Assembly (NCBI GenBank): GCA_963787835.1
Contig: CAWBEI010000002.1
Location: 476,369-540,368, forward strand
DNA from: Ignavibacteriota bacterium
GTDB lineage: Bacteria; Bacteroidota; Ignavibacteria; Palsa-1295
Length of the DNA stretch: 64,000 nucleotides
Reading direction: 5' to 3'
Made by a program: the position numbers and the translations under genes. This document shows positions 9,848-21,100 of this stretch, in pieces. Numbering within the stretch: position 1 is the first letter of the stretch; every line of letters starts with the position of its first letter. The notes under the pieces are model-generated. The model was not told the DNA's origin, did not search any database, and worked only from the letters and a program-made list of their open reading frames with translations.

Positions 9848-11173
9848 TTATCCGTAGATGCCTCGCAACTTGAGCGTGCGGGCGACCTTATCGATCGCGA
9901 GGATATACGAGGCAAGCCTTAACGAGACCTTGTAATGAACGGACGTTTCATAGACCCGGTCGAACGCGCCATTCATCACCTCTTCAAGCCGATCGTTGAC
10001 GACTTCAAGGGTCCAATGATATCCCATGCGGTTTTGCACCCACTCGAAATAGCTGACTGTTACTCCACCGGCATTTGCAAGAATATCCGGTACTACAAGA
10101 ATGCCTTTGGATTCCAGGATCGGATCGGCACCGGCTGTGGTCGGACCGTTTGCGCCCTCGACGATCAGTTTCGCCTGAATATTATGCGCATTGCGCTTGG
10201 TGATACGGTCCTCACGAGCGGCCGGAACAAGTACATCACAATCGAGCGTCAGGAGCTGTTCATTAGTGATCTTTTCCCCGCCCTTCCAGCCCTCGAGCAA
10301 GAAATCGTGCGATTCCGAATAGCGAATGGCATTTTCAACATCAATACCACCATCGTTATAATAGGCTCCAGAAATATCTGAGATACCGATCACTCTTGCA
10401 CCTTCGCGAGAGAGCAACTGCGCTGAGATCGAGCCGACATTTCCGAATCCTTCAACGGCAACGGTCGTGTCCCGAGGTTTGAGTCCAATTTTATCCATGG
10501 CACGTAACGCCGCGTGCATCACACCGCGCCCGGTGGCCTCTTTCCTTCCCTTACTGCCACCAAGCACGAGCGGTTTGCCCGTGACGACGCCTGGCTCGGT
10601 ACGCTTCATGTGCATGGACCATGTATCTAAGATCCACGCCATAACCTGCTCGTTGGTGTTAACATCCGGCGCTGGAATATCGCGATCCGGGCCGAAGACA
10701 TCGAGCATATTAGCAGTGTATCTCCGCGTGATCTTTTCGAGCTGCTGGATCGTAAGGTGCCGCGGATCGCAACGGACTCCGCCTTTTGCACCACCGAATG
10801 GGATATCGACGACTGCGCATTTCCATGTCATCCAGGCGGCTAAGGCTTTTACTTCGTCAAGATTTACATCCGGCGCGTAACGGATACCACCCTTGCTGGG
10901 ACCTAAAATATCATTATGAATAACGCGGTAGCCGTCAAAGACCTGAATAGAGCCATCATCCATTTGAATGGGAATAGAAACGATGACGGATTTGACTGGG
11001 GTTTTGAGATATTGATAAATGCCTGGTTCGAGGTGAAGGATCTCTGCTGCGCGATCGAATCGCTGCATCATGGACTCTAATGGATTATCTTTATCAAGGA
11101 TCGGAGCCGGCTCTTTATATACCGATGGAGCGGATTCGGCAGTTTGGGGGAGGTCGTTCGTTGTAGTTGCCAT
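9848..11173 (-). CDS. gdhA: NAD(P)-dependent glutamate dehydrogenase
   Basis: Glu/Leu/Phe/Val dehydrogenase motifs (…GGSKGRKEATGRGV…, …GFGNVGS…). Confidence 0.95.
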   Translation of the reverse strand: MATTTNDLPQTAESAPSVYKEPAPILDKDNPLESMMQRFDRAAEILHLEPGIYQYLKTPVKSVIVSIPIQMDDGSIQVFDGYRVIHNDILGPSKGGIRYAPDVNLDEVKALAAWMTWKCAVVDIPFGGAKGGVRCDPRHLTIQQLEKITRRYTANMLDVFGPDRDIPAPDVNTNEQVMAWILDTWSMHMKRTEPGVVTGKPLVLGGSKGRKEATGRGVMHAALRAMDKIGLKPRDTTVAVEGFGNVGSISAQLLSREGARVIGISDISGAYYNDGGIDVENAIRYSESHDFLLEGWKGGEKITNEQLLTLDCDVLVPAAREDRITKRNAHNIQAKLIVEGANGPTTAGADPILESKGILVVPDILANAGGVTVSYFEWVQNRMGYHWTLEVVNDRLEEVMNGAFDRVYETSVHYKVSLRLASYILAIDKVARTLKLRGIYG

Positions 11174-11259
11174 TCTTGTTTTGTTGAGTCAAGTCTGGGC
11201 GCAAGCCCTTTAAATGGGTACGCCGTTAAAATATTTGCCGGGGTATAACAATCCTCTTC

Positions 11260-12129
11260 CTACTTTCTTTCCACGAGATCAAAGAGTATTTCCCCTTCAT
11301 CCGCGGATACAATGTCTGTGCCAAGTACCCGGGCAAGAAGACGCTGAGTAAGTGTGGGGTCATCATCCAGAAAATGGCGAGAGTGCTGACGCGCCTGACG
11401 AACCTGCTCTGGATCGATATCGGCAACGATCAGGTCTTCCTCAAAAAACGCCCCTCTATCGATCGTTTCTCCCGATGGAGCGACTATTTCCGATCCACCC
11501 CAAAAATTTACACCATCCTCGACTCCCACACGATTAACGAATATGACGTAACAACCAAGCAACCTCGCATACGCTGCGTGATGCTCGCGGTTGATGATGT
11601 AATTCTCTGGTACGTTGGGATGATGGAGCTGGTTTTCTCCGGTACCTAAGCGGGTCGGGCTTGCAGCGATGGTTATGATAAGCTGCGCACCATCGAGTGC
11701 CAGAACATACGGAAGAGCGGGATGCCAGAGATCTTCGCAAACCAGCATTCCGATGCGGCCTAGCCGATCTGATGTGAACGCCTCGGCTGCACGGCCAGCG
11801 GTAAAATATCTTCCTTCCTCGAAAATTCCGTACGTTGGAGGATAGACTTTACGATGGGTATATTTGACCGTACCATCCTCGAATAAAAGTGCGGCATTGT
11901 AAACCGCGCCGCGCTCATCTTCCTCGATAGCCCCACAAATAATAGTGATCCTTTTTGAAAGTTTCCGTAATGGTGCGTAGGCCGCTGCTTCCGATCCGGC
12001 CGCACAATCGAAATTAAGATCGCGGACGGTGTAGCCGGTAAGTGAAAGTTCGGGAAAAATGATGGCATCAGCGCCCCGTTCGATCGCACGTTCTGCCCGT
12101 TCCACATGCCGCTCGACGTTGCGATCCAC
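11260..12129 (-). CDS. Carbon-nitrogen hydrolase (nitrilase superfamily) protein
   Basis: Catalytic Cys motif …LVCEDLWHP… and a four-layer CN-hydrolase fold signature. The start appears to be a non-ATG codon (GTG at 12129; the in-frame upstream sequence reads …IALAQISS…). Confidence 0.85.
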   Translation of the reverse strand: MDRNVERHVERAERAIERGADAIIFPELSLTGYTVRDLNFDCAAGSEAAAYAPLRKLSKRITIICGAIEEDERGAVYNAALLFEDGTVKYTHRKVYPPTYGIFEEGRYFTAGRAAEAFTSDRLGRIGMLVCEDLWHPALPYVLALDGAQLIITIAASPTRLGTGENQLHHPNVPENYIINREHHAAYARLLGCYVIFVNRVGVEDGVNFWGGSEIVAPSGETIDRGAFFEEDLIVADIDPEQVRQARQHSRHFLDDDPTLTQRLLARVLGTDIVSADEGEILFDLVERK

Positions 12130-12205
12130 ATCACCAAGAACAGAGGAGATCTGGGCTAATGCAATGCGGGAGGGTTTTCAAAAGCATCTTGTTTGGAAAG
12201 TCATT

Positions 12206-13507
12206 TTAGCGATCGATCACGAACATCCGCTCCGCATGTTGATCTCCAGACTCCAGACGATAATAATATGCACCGTTCGGGAGGGAGTGTCCGTCAAACG
12301 AAACATTGTATCTCCCTGGAGAATAATAGCCATTGGTAACTATTGCTACCATGCGTCCGGTGAGGTCGAAAACGGAGAGCGAAATTGGCCCTGGGTCTGA
12401 AAGTGAAAAACGGATCGACGTCGCCAAGCTAAAGGGATTCGGTGAATTCTGATCCAGAACGATGGCAGACTGCGATCCCGCAGAGCCCTCCTTCACACCA
12501 CCTAATCCGCTGGGGCTATATTTAAAAACACCGTTATCTGTAGCCGCGAACAGGGTTCCACTATTATTGAACGCAAGCGCATTGATAGTATCGGTCGTCA
12601 ATCCAGAAGAAATGTCTTTCCAGGTTTTTCCGGTATCGGGCGAGACGGATATCCCCCCCGTCTTGCCATTGGTAGAATTCGTCCCTATGAAGATTTCTCC
12701 GTTCGAGGCTACCACTAAATTGTAGTACGTGGAATTGGTGGCCCACGGAGGGGTGATCGAAGCCCAATAGTTACCGCTATCCTTAGAAAAATACAGTCCG
12801 CCCGTTCCGCCTGCCACGATTAGCCCACTATTGAGAAAGCCGAATGCAACGCCAGCGCCGAAGGCTGGAGCTCCAGGAATCGAATCCCAAAACTCACCGG
12901 TTCGCCCCAAAGCGCGCGCAAGAGACGTTTGTGTTCCGGCAAAGATCAGCCCGGATTGGCTTGCTGCAACAAAGGAAGGAAAGTTGGTGTAATCCTGAAA
13001 GACCCCCTGCTCGTACCAGCTATCCCCATAATTGTCGGAGGCCCATAACTCGCTGCCCTGCGAGGAAGCGAACATCGATCCCATCAGTCCAATGGAATAT
13101 GATCCTATTACCGGATCAAATGGGTTGCCAGAATCGATCACCATTTGCTGCCACGAATTTCCATCGTCCGGCGATCTGAATTGCCGTGTGCTCCCGCCCA
13201 CAAAAAGTTCACCTTTCGCATCCACGCCATACACGGGACCCAGTTGGGCTTCCGCTATTGCAGGTTTAGGAATTAGTACCCAGGACCCTCCATTATTCGT
13301 CGAACGAAATACGCCTGCAAAACTGCCGAATTTGGTCAAAGCCCCGGCAAAAAGAGTTCCATCCGGGGAGACGGCGAGTGAACCTACCGGCGCGGAAAGA
13401 CCAACCGTATCCGGTACCCAATATTGCGCATTCGCCACACCAGAACTAAGAGCAAGACTGAACGTTAGAATCCAAATGCATTGGATGAATGACAAGAAGC
13501 GAAGCAT
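12206..13507 (-). CDS. Secreted BNR/Ycf48-like repeat protein with a T9SS type-A C-terminal sorting domain
   Basis: Signal peptide, repeated S-x-D-x-G-x-(T/S)-W BNR-like motifs, and a C-terminal …GAYYYRLESGDQHAERMFVIDR sorting domain. Confidence 0.7.
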   Translation of the reverse strand: MLRFLSFIQCIWILTFSLALSSGVANAQYWVPDTVGLSAPVGSLAVSPDGTLFAGALTKFGSFAGVFRSTNNGGSWVLIPKPAIAEAQLGPVYGVDAKGELFVGGSTRQFRSPDDGNSWQQMVIDSGNPFDPVIGSYSIGLMGSMFASSQGSELWASDNYGDSWYEQGVFQDYTNFPSFVAASQSGLIFAGTQTSLARALGRTGEFWDSIPGAPAFGAGVAFGFLNSGLIVAGGTGGLYFSKDSGNYWASITPPWATNSTYYNLVVASNGEIFIGTNSTNGKTGGISVSPDTGKTWKDISSGLTTDTINALAFNNSGTLFAATDNGVFKYSPSGLGGVKEGSAGSQSAIVLDQNSPNPFSLATSIRFSLSDPGPISLSVFDLTGRMVAIVTNGYYSPGRYNVSFDGHSLPNGAYYYRLESGDQHAERMFVIDR

Positions 13508-13682
13508 AACGTAAAAAACCCTTCCTATACTAAAGTGAACATCGTTGAGACCTTTTTGCGACTTCTAAAAAACAACTCAATGGCTGGAAAGTTACAGCCA
13601 ATCATATGGTTTCTATCAGAAAGACCGCGCACCTCACGAGCTTCGCTGGTGTTCACTGTAATCCGCACCACTATTCATTACG

Positions 13683-14513
13683 ATGATCACGACTTTTCGA
13701 GGCAAATCCAGCATCGCAGCACACGCTATTCTCCTTGTCGGGTGCATAACGATGTTCTTCCCGCTGGTGTGGATGGTGCTGCTTTCGGTAAGTAATAACC
13801 CTCCGGGCGATGCTTCGATTGGCGAACTGCTTCGCGGCGTATTTACGCTTTCGAATTATACGGACGCATTGCGATCCGATCAATTTGGGATCTATTTTTT
13901 GAATTCCGTGCTGGTCGCTTCGGTGGTTGCTGTTGGCAGCGCATTGTTCTCGACCACTGTAGCTTATGCCTTCGCCCACCGAGAGTTTAAAATGAAGAAC
14001 TGGCTCTTTGCGAGCGTTCTTGGGGTACTCATGGTCCCTCCACATGTTGTAATGATACCGCTCTTTCGTGAGATCGTGAATTTTGGATGGATCAATACGT
14101 ATTTTGCCCTTACACTTCCGTTCATCGTCACACCGTTCGGGATCTTTTTGATGAGGCAATATATCGAAGGACTTCCAAAAGAATTAGAAGAAGCCGCTCG
14201 AATCGATGGTGCAAGAACAGTTGGTATATTGCGTAGCATCATTTTTCCGCTCTCTACACCTATGCTGGTGGTGCTTTTCATCTACCAATTCCTTACAACG
14301 TGGAATGCATTCTTATTCCCATTTCTCTTCGTCAATAAAGCGACCATGCGTACCCTGCCGGTCGGGCTGGCATTTTATCAGGGCAAACAGTCGATCGATT
14401 GGGGCCATCTGATGGCTGGCGCAGGGATGAGCGCCATCCCCGTGCTGATCTTATTCGCTGTGTTCCAACGTAAGATCATTACCGGATTCACCGCCGGCGC
14501 GCTCAAAGGTTGA
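13683..14513 (+). CDS. ABC transporter permease (binding-protein-dependent, MalG/carbohydrate type); orphan
   Basis: Six-TM permease with the EAARIDGA signature. No ATPase or solute-binding partner is nearby. Confidence 0.8.
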   Translation: MITTFRGKSSIAAHAILLVGCITMFFPLVWMVLLSVSNNPPGDASIGELLRGVFTLSNYTDALRSDQFGIYFLNSVLVASVVAVGSALFSTTVAYAFAHREFKMKNWLFASVLGVLMVPPHVVMIPLFREIVNFGWINTYFALTLPFIVTPFGIFLMRQYIEGLPKELEEAARIDGARTVGILRSIIFPLSTPMLVVLFIYQFLTTWNAFLFPFLFVNKATMRTLPVGLAFYQGKQSIDWGHLMAGAGMSAIPVLILFAVFQRKIITGFTAGALKG

Positions 14514-14527
14514 GCATGTCCATGTTA

Positions 14528-15088
14528 TTAATTCAACTTCAAGTATCGTTTCATTTTATCAAAACGAGTTTCCCCAATACCGTGGACATTCATTAGTTCT
14601 TCGAGCGTTCGAAAATTCCCACGCTCTGTCCGGTATGCAAGGATCAGTTCCGCGGTTGCCGGACCAACCGAAGGCAGCCGAATAAAGTCTTCTTTTGTGC
14701 CCAGATTCAATGAGATCGAATACGGCGTGAGGCCATCGGTCTTCGAATGAGGTTTTGCCTTTGCTCGACGTACAGCCTCGGGCAATAGAGAATCTTCAGG
14801 AAGCGAAAAGAAGAGAGAGTCCCGAGTATTTGCTGCACCTGAGAGTGCAAGAAAAAGGCTGTCTGCTCGACGCCTATCGAGAGTCTCACTCGAATCTCGT
14901 TTTTCTGGAAACCATGTAAAATATGTCTGCTTGCCAAAACGGAATAAGAGCACAGCGATCCCAATACCAAGGAATAACGCCAAAGCCCGAAATTCACGCG
15001 GTGTGTAGAATTGAGAACCAGCCGCTACGATCTGCCGGCGAATTTTGCTCAACCATTGACGGAGTTTTCCTGGGACTATTCTTCTCAT
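14528..15088 (-). CDS. ComEA-like helix-hairpin-helix DNA-binding protein
   Basis: N-terminal TM plus C-terminal tandem HhH (…LPSVGPATAELILAYRTERGNFRTLEELMNVHGIGETRFDKMKRY…). I placed the start at the internal Met (ATG 15086-15088); the upstream extension overlaps the dnaJ 3' end. Confidence 0.65.
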   Translation of the reverse strand: MRRIVPGKLRQWLSKIRRQIVAAGSQFYTPREFRALALFLGIGIAVLLFRFGKQTYFTWFPEKRDSSETLDRRRADSLFLALSGAANTRDSLFFSLPEDSLLPEAVRRAKAKPHSKTDGLTPYSISLNLGTKEDFIRLPSVGPATAELILAYRTERGNFRTLEELMNVHGIGETRFDKMKRYLKLN

Positions 15089-15131
15089 CCCAGCGAAGTT
15101 ACGGAAAAAATAGGAGTAGGACCAGAAACCC

Positions 15132-16334
15132 TTATGCGAAGATACTTCGAATATTCTCGAAGAGCCCGTCTTTGGAGGTCGCTTTCTTATGTCCCTTGCC
15201 CTGCTTGCCTTTTGGTTTATCCACCGGAGGCGCTTCTTTAGACGGTCGAAAATGCTCAAGGGTGGCGAGCCGTTCGAGAAGATCACGCTCCTCTTTCGTC
15301 AAATGATCGGGCGTAGCGATCTGTATTCGGACGAGTTCGTCCCCTTTCCCGGAATGAGATAAATGTTGAATGCCTTTTCCTCGCATTCGAAGCAATGTCC
15401 CTGCCTGCGTACCCGCCTGGATCGTTAACAACGAATGCCCGGCAAGCGTAGGAACTTCGACATCTGCTCCAAGCAATGCCTGCGGCACGGTGATCTCAAG
15501 ATCAAATACGACATCATCCCCATCCCGCAGGAAATGATCGTGTGGAAGCTCTTGGACGACAACGAGCGCGTTCCCTGCCGGTCCGCCGCGCCGGCCCGCA
15601 TGTCCCTGACCTGAAAGCGTGAGATAGTTACCTTCGCTAACGCCAGCGGGAATTTTCACGGAGAGTGTTGTTTCCTCCTGCACTCGGCCATCTCCATGGC
15701 AGACAGTGCATCGCTCACGGATCGTCTGGCCCGTACCTTGACAGGTAGGACAAACCGTCACATTCACAAATTGCCCAAAGCCCATAGAGCGAACCTGGCG
15801 AATTTGGCCTGACCCATGGCACATCTGGCATGTTTCGATCGCTGTTCCGGCTTTGGCGCCCGTGCCGGAGCACGTGGAACACGTTACTAAATGGCGAACT
15901 TTGATCTTCTTTTCAACGCCATCCGCGATCTCTTCCAGCGTGAGCGCTAACGGAATTTGAAGATCATTCCCACGCTCCGGCGCATTGGGATTGCGGCTTT
16001 GGCCGCCTCCAAAGAACTGCTCAAAAATGCTTCCGCCGCCCATGCCACCAAAAATGTCGGCAAAATGGGAAAAAATATCGTTGGTATTCTGATAGTGTCC
16101 AAAATCGGTCGCGCGAACGCCTTCATGCCCGAAGCGGTCGTAGCGGGCACGTTTGTCGGTATCACTCAATACTTCATACGCTTCGGTCGCTTCCTTGAAT
16201 TTTTCTTCCGCCTCTCTATTGTCAGGATTGCGGTCCGGATGAAACTCCATCGCAAGCTTACGATACGACTTTTTGATCTCGTCGATCGTAGCTCCACGCG
16301 ATACGTTTAGTATCTCATAATAATCACGCTTCAT
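15132..16334 (-). CDS. dnaJ: Molecular chaperone DnaJ
   Basis: J domain with HPD (…[14 protein letters not shown]…), a G/F region and four CxxCxGxG zinc motifs. Confidence 0.95.
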   Translation of the reverse strand: MKRDYYEILNVSRGATIDEIKKSYRKLAMEFHPDRNPDNREAEEKFKEATEAYEVLSDTDKRARYDRFGHEGVRATDFGHYQNTNDIFSHFADIFGGMGGGSIFEQFFGGGQSRNPNAPERGNDLQIPLALTLEEIADGVEKKIKVRHLVTCSTCSGTGAKAGTAIETCQMCHGSGQIRQVRSMGFGQFVNVTVCPTCQGTGQTIRERCTVCHGDGRVQEETTLSVKIPAGVSEGNYLTLSGQGHAGRRGGPAGNALVVVQELPHDHFLRDGDDVVFDLEITVPQALLGADVEVPTLAGHSLLTIQAGTQAGTLLRMRGKGIQHLSHSGKGDELVRIQIATPDHLTKEERDLLERLATLEHFRPSKEAPPVDKPKGKQGKGHKKATSKDGLFENIRSIFA

Positions 16335-16358
16335 GTATTAGCCGTACGCTCCCATTAA

Positions 16359-16871
16359 TTATTCTACCGCCTTTGACACGAACACTTTTGCATGGCGCAG
16401 AATAGCATCATGCAGAAAATATCCTTGTTGGATCTCACGAGTGACCATACCAGGCGCAATATCGCTGCGCGGCTCTTCTAAGAGCGCATCGTGCTTCATT
16501 GGATCGAAGGCTTCGCCAACGGTCTGCATGGGGCGCACCCCATATCGTTCGAGCATCTTGAGAAAACTCTTGTAGATGAGTTCGACGCCTTGCGTCATAG
16601 GATCTTTTGCGGATAATGCATCTTTCGATTCCGAGGCGTGCTCAATTGTACGCTCAAGATCATCAATAATTCCGAAAAGATCCATGATGAGCCTTTTGTT
16701 TGCATCGTAGATCAGTTGCTCTCGCTCCTGCTGATGACGGCGGCGCATGTTTTCGAGCTCGGCAGTTCGCCGGAGCAGTTGATCGCGGGTACTGTCGAGC
16801 GTTCGCTCGACCTCGGCGATCTTGTCATCTACAACATCCTCATTGATCAGATTTTCTTCGTTCTTCGCCAT
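16359..16871 (-). CDS. grpE: Nucleotide exchange factor GrpE
   Basis: GrpE coiled-coil and C-terminal beta-domain. Operon position between hrcA and dnaJ. Confidence 0.9.
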   Translation of the reverse strand: MAKNEENLINEDVVDDKIAEVERTLDSTRDQLLRRTAELENMRRRHQQEREQLIYDANKRLIMDLFGIIDDLERTIEHASESKDALSAKDPMTQGVELIYKSFLKMLERYGVRPMQTVGEAFDPMKHDALLEEPRSDIAPGMVTREIQQGYFLHDAILRHAKVFVSKAVE

Positions 16872-16883
16872 ACATTTTAAATA

Positions 16884-18008
16884 TTATTTTATAGCCAATA
16901 GCCCGGACATGGCACGCGCCACATATTCTACGAGCGGTGCAATGCGCCCATAGTCCATTCTCTTCGGCCCGATCAAGCCTATAATACCCCGCTCCCCGCC
17001 GATCTGGTACTTTGTGCTTATAAGGCTATAGCCCGTCATATTCTGTTCTTCCAGTTCACTACCGATGCGGATTGCGATCCCTCCAGTGGAAATAGAAGAA
17101 TCATTTCCTGCCGCCCCTTCGAGTACATGGATCACGACCTCTTGATTATCGATGAGTTCTATAATGCTTTGAAATTCTTCATCGCGAGTCAGATCCCGGC
17201 GCTGAAATTCCGGTTGAACGAAAATATTTTTTGCACCGCTGATCTTTACACGATCCGAACCACTCTCGTCGAACAGCCTTTCCGGTGCATCGATAAAAAG
17301 CCGGAGAATCGATCGATCATGCTCAGAAAGATCGCTCATCCGCTCTCGAAAGGTTGCTTTTACTTCCCGAAAGCTGCGTCCGGCCAGCCGCTCGTTGAGC
17401 AAAAATCGGAGTTCGTCCAGCTTAGATTGAGCAAGCACGTTATCCGTTTCAAGCGTCACCGTTCTTACTCGTCCACTCGATGCCGCAAGGACCACAAGCA
17501 AACGGTTCGAGGAAAGCTGGGCGATCTCTACTCGTTCCAGTATTCCCTCATCCAATGCCGGAAGCAATGCAATCGAAAGTTGCTGCGAGAGCTTTGCAAG
17601 AATATCAGAGGACGCTTCCAAAACATCCTCTGCCGTGACAGCATCCGCAAGCGACCGTGCAACTGCTTTGCGATCTGCTGGTGTCACATGTTCCCGAGCC
17701 ATCAGGTCGTTTACATAAAGCCGGTAACCTTTGTCCGTAGGCATTCGGCCTGCGCTTGTATGAGGATGATCGACATACCCCATATACTCGAGATCCGCCA
17801 TGATATTCCTAGTGGAGGCATCGCTCAAACCTAACGAACTTACACGCGCAAGGTAACGAGAGCCGACCGGATTGGCTGTCAGAACATAATGACGTACGAT
17901 CAACCGTAATATTTCTCGCTGGCGCTCGGTTAATTCCGCACTTTGTGCTGTCACTACAGATTGATGTCGCTGTTTCGTGTCCTCCTTCATATCCTTGGCG
18001 AAGAACAC
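16884..18008 (-). CDS. hrcA: Heat-inducible transcription repressor HrcA
   Basis: N-terminal winged-helix segment …ILRLIVRHYVLTANPVGSRYLA…RNIMADLEYMGYV… and the HrcA C-domain. Confidence 0.9.
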   Translation of the reverse strand: MFFAKDMKEDTKQRHQSVVTAQSAELTERQREILRLIVRHYVLTANPVGSRYLARVSSLGLSDASTRNIMADLEYMGYVDHPHTSAGRMPTDKGYRLYVNDLMAREHVTPADRKAVARSLADAVTAEDVLEASSDILAKLSQQLSIALLPALDEGILERVEIAQLSSNRLLVVLAASSGRVRTVTLETDNVLAQSKLDELRFLLNERLAGRSFREVKATFRERMSDLSEHDRSILRLFIDAPERLFDESGSDRVKISGAKNIFVQPEFQRRDLTRDEEFQSIIELIDNQEVVIHVLEGAAGNDSSISTGGIAIRIGSELEEQNMTGYSLISTKYQIGGERGIIGLIGPKRMDYGRIAPLVEYVARAMSGLLAIK

Positions 18009-18075
18009 GTTGGTTTACGAAGGGAGTTTCGTGAAGCGTATTAATGGTGCTATTCTGTAGCATTCGTTTAAATCG

Positions 18076-18109
18076 GGACTGCCCGCCGTGGATAACCACG
18101 GTGGGCAGT
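18076..18109. terminator. 15-bp-stem GC-rich hairpin followed by a U-rich tract, immediately downstream of giant gene 1; an identical copy sits at 24035-24068
   Basis: GACTGCCCGCCGTGG-ATAA-CCACGGTGGGCAGTC, then GCTTGATTTCGGTTGGGATGTTTTTTGC. Confidence 0.6.
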
Positions 18110-18172
18110 CGCTTGATTTCGGTTGGGATGTTTTTTGCTTCCCGTATGTCCGTCTTACCGAGCTTTCCCGTC

Positions 18173-21100
18173 TTACTGTTTTTCGATGGTGAGCTTGCTC
18201 GAGAGCGTGGCGCTGCGGCCGTCGGCTCCGGTGGCGGTCATCTCATAGAGATAGCTGCCGCTCGGTAGCGAGGTCAGGTCGAGCTTCACGTTCTGGGTGC
18301 CCGCCTCGAACGACTGGTTCGTCACCTCGCTGTTGACCACCTTGCCCGTCACGTCCATCACCCGCAGCGTTACCTGCGAGGCTTCCGGAAGCGTGAACGA
18401 TACCTCCGTCACACCGGCCGAGGGATTCGGATAGCTCTGGCCCAGTGTAAAGCCAAGCTGGCTTGCATCCGGACCCAGTTCCACCGTATTCGAGTACGTC
18501 TCCGCACCCGTCTCATCGACCGCCGCAATGCGGTACGTGTACGACTGCGAAGGATCCAGACCCGTGATCGAGGAGGCATAGTCCGTCTGATCCGCGACCG
18601 CCGTCACCGGATGCAGCACCGTCCAGCTGTTCTGGTTCTGCTGCTCCACATCGTAGCGTACCACGTTCGGCAAGCCTACCACATCCCACGTGATCGTCGC
18701 GGCATTACCGCTGACCCGCTGAATGCTCGCACTCACATTGTCGATCGGTAGGATCGTACCATTGTGACTGCGGAAGAAGGCAAAGGCTGCTGCAAGCGTT
18801 CGTGTCGTACCGCTCGTCAATGCATCCTGTGCCGCCGTGCTCGGAGACGTCTGGTGCGGGTTCGCCCAGTCAAAGGCATAGAACACCGTGTTCACCAGGG
18901 GATCGTAATACGATACACCCGCTCCATTGTTCGGATTGCTGTACGAGTAGTTCGAGTACGTGTACGCATACCCGTTGACCTTCGGACCCACCGCAGGCGT
19001 CGTCAGGGATGGCATGATCACGTTCGGTGTCAGGCTCGAGGTCAGATCCGTCGAGCATTCCTCGCAGTCACTCCCGTTCGGATTGACCGGGATCGAAAGG
19101 CTGTCCGCAAACGTCCAGTACGCCGGCTGCTGGCCCACGATCCGGCCAATATACGAGGAACTCGTCGGGTAGTTCGCCACATACTGTGTGTGCATCGTCG
19201 ATTGCATCCATTGCGTATCCGTCACCGGATTGTTCGACTGCACATACCCATTGTAGTAGGCAATGTGCTGGCCCGCGATCACAAGGCTCTTCTTCGCATA
19301 GCTCTGCCCTGCGCCCAGATACCGCGTGATCTCATCCGTCTCCTGCAGCGTCGGACCGCCCTGACCCGTCGACTGACCGGCAACCGGGGCAACGCCCGGA
19401 TCGCCGCTCGACCACACGATCGTCCACCACGGCGTGTAATCGATGATCGTCGTGTTCGGAAGGCCCTTCGGAGCGTTACGGTCGATCGTGTCGAACGGTA
19501 CCCCTAATCGGTTCAACGCCGCGATCACCGAATCACGGTTCTGACGGCCATCCGAGGCCGCACCATTATAGGAAAGCAATACCGCATTCTGCTTCAACAG
19601 GATCGTAAACGTCTTCGTCTGCGAGTTGTTCGCGTCGTTCTGGTCGTTCGGGACGCTCACCGTTACCCGGAACACCCCCGTGCTGTTCGACGCCGTCAAC
19701 GCCGGACCCTGGAACGCGACGCTCTTCGACTCGCCCACCTGCCACGTCAACGGGGCAGACGTGCCCGTATACACCGTCGTCCATACACCATTGACCGAAC
19801 GCTGCACCGTCGCCGTGACCTTCTGGCTATAGACGCCTACGCTCGATAGGTTCTTCACCACGCCCGTGATCCATAACGGACTCTCCGTCGTCACTAAGGA
19901 CGTGTCGCTCGTCTGCGAGAACCCGCCCGGCTGTGAGATCTCTAAGACCGCAAGATCGTTCGTGAACTGGAACCCGTCCCATTCATCCGCCCCGATGTCC
20001 GGGCTCGGATTGTTCTGCGAACGAACGTCTCCGTCGAAATCATGAGCCTCCGACGACGTACCAAGCCACGCGCCGTTGTTCGAGGCCGGACTTTCGATGT
20101 ACGTCAAGGCCGGTGGCATGTGCAACGAATCCACTCCCATCGCTGGCGTACCGAACAACGGATCGCCCGATAACGAGTGGCTGTCCTGACCCACATACGT
20201 ACGCCAGTCGTTCAAACGGCGGAAGTACAGGCTCTGGAATACCGTCCCATACCGTGCGTCGTACTCCGTCACCGAGTCGAAGACGTTCGTGCCACGCAAA
20301 TCGAATACGTTATAGTCCGAACTGATCGAACTTGCATACGGACGAGGTACCTCTAAGTTGTAGTTCGTGTACGGACCGGTGCCCGTGTTCTGGAAAATGT
20401 TGTTCCAGATGAACGCGTGCTTCGCGTATTTGATCGTGATGTTCGATGTCGCGTTGTTCGTCGAGATCGAGTTGTTGAACACCGAATCCTTGTCCGTCGA
20501 ATACGGAACCGTGCCCGACGTCGAAGAGATCGTCGTCATCAGGATCGGGAACACCTTCCCCGCGCTCGTACGAAGGTCTAAGATCATGTTGTTCGTCAAT
20601 CGGTTCTGCGTTACCGCCGGTAACGTCGATTTCACATTCGTCAGACCCGTGCTCGTGTACTGCCACGACGACTGCTGCAGCGCGATCCCATGCGTGTTGC
20701 CCGCTGCCGATGTCATGATACGGATCCGGTTCGCATCGATCCAGGCACCCGTCACGTTACCCGTGTCACCCGCCCACTGAGGGTTCGAAGGCGGGCCGAT
20801 GTACGTGTTCATGTTCGGCTGTACAATGCCATACACATTCCACGTCGCTCCGCCGCCCTGCGGTACTACGTTCGCGTTCACGTTCGAGATCTCGTTGTGT
20901 GAGATCACGATCCCGGTCTCGCTGTTGAACTGGATGCCCGCGTACGATAATGGGTTCGACGACGTACCTACCGTGTTCCGCGTGATCACGTCATTGTAGT
21001 TGCGCCACGTCGTGTACGCACCCTTCACCGGATCGTACGCATCGTGGTACCCGTGATCGTAGATCCCATACTTCGCATTGCCAAGCTCGCAGTTGTTGAC

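Noticed and set aside
9935-10880. Plus-strand ORFs inside gdhA
   Set aside because: Antisense to glutamate dehydrogenase.
18764-19507. Arg-rich 247-aa ORF (and many others of 60-300 aa) on the plus strand inside the giant genes; identical copies at 24722..25465
   Set aside because: Antisense to a strongly supported, codon-biased 5.6 kb coding region. Arg-rich composition is typical of reverse-frame artefacts in GC-rich genes. Their duplication simply reflects the tandem repeat.
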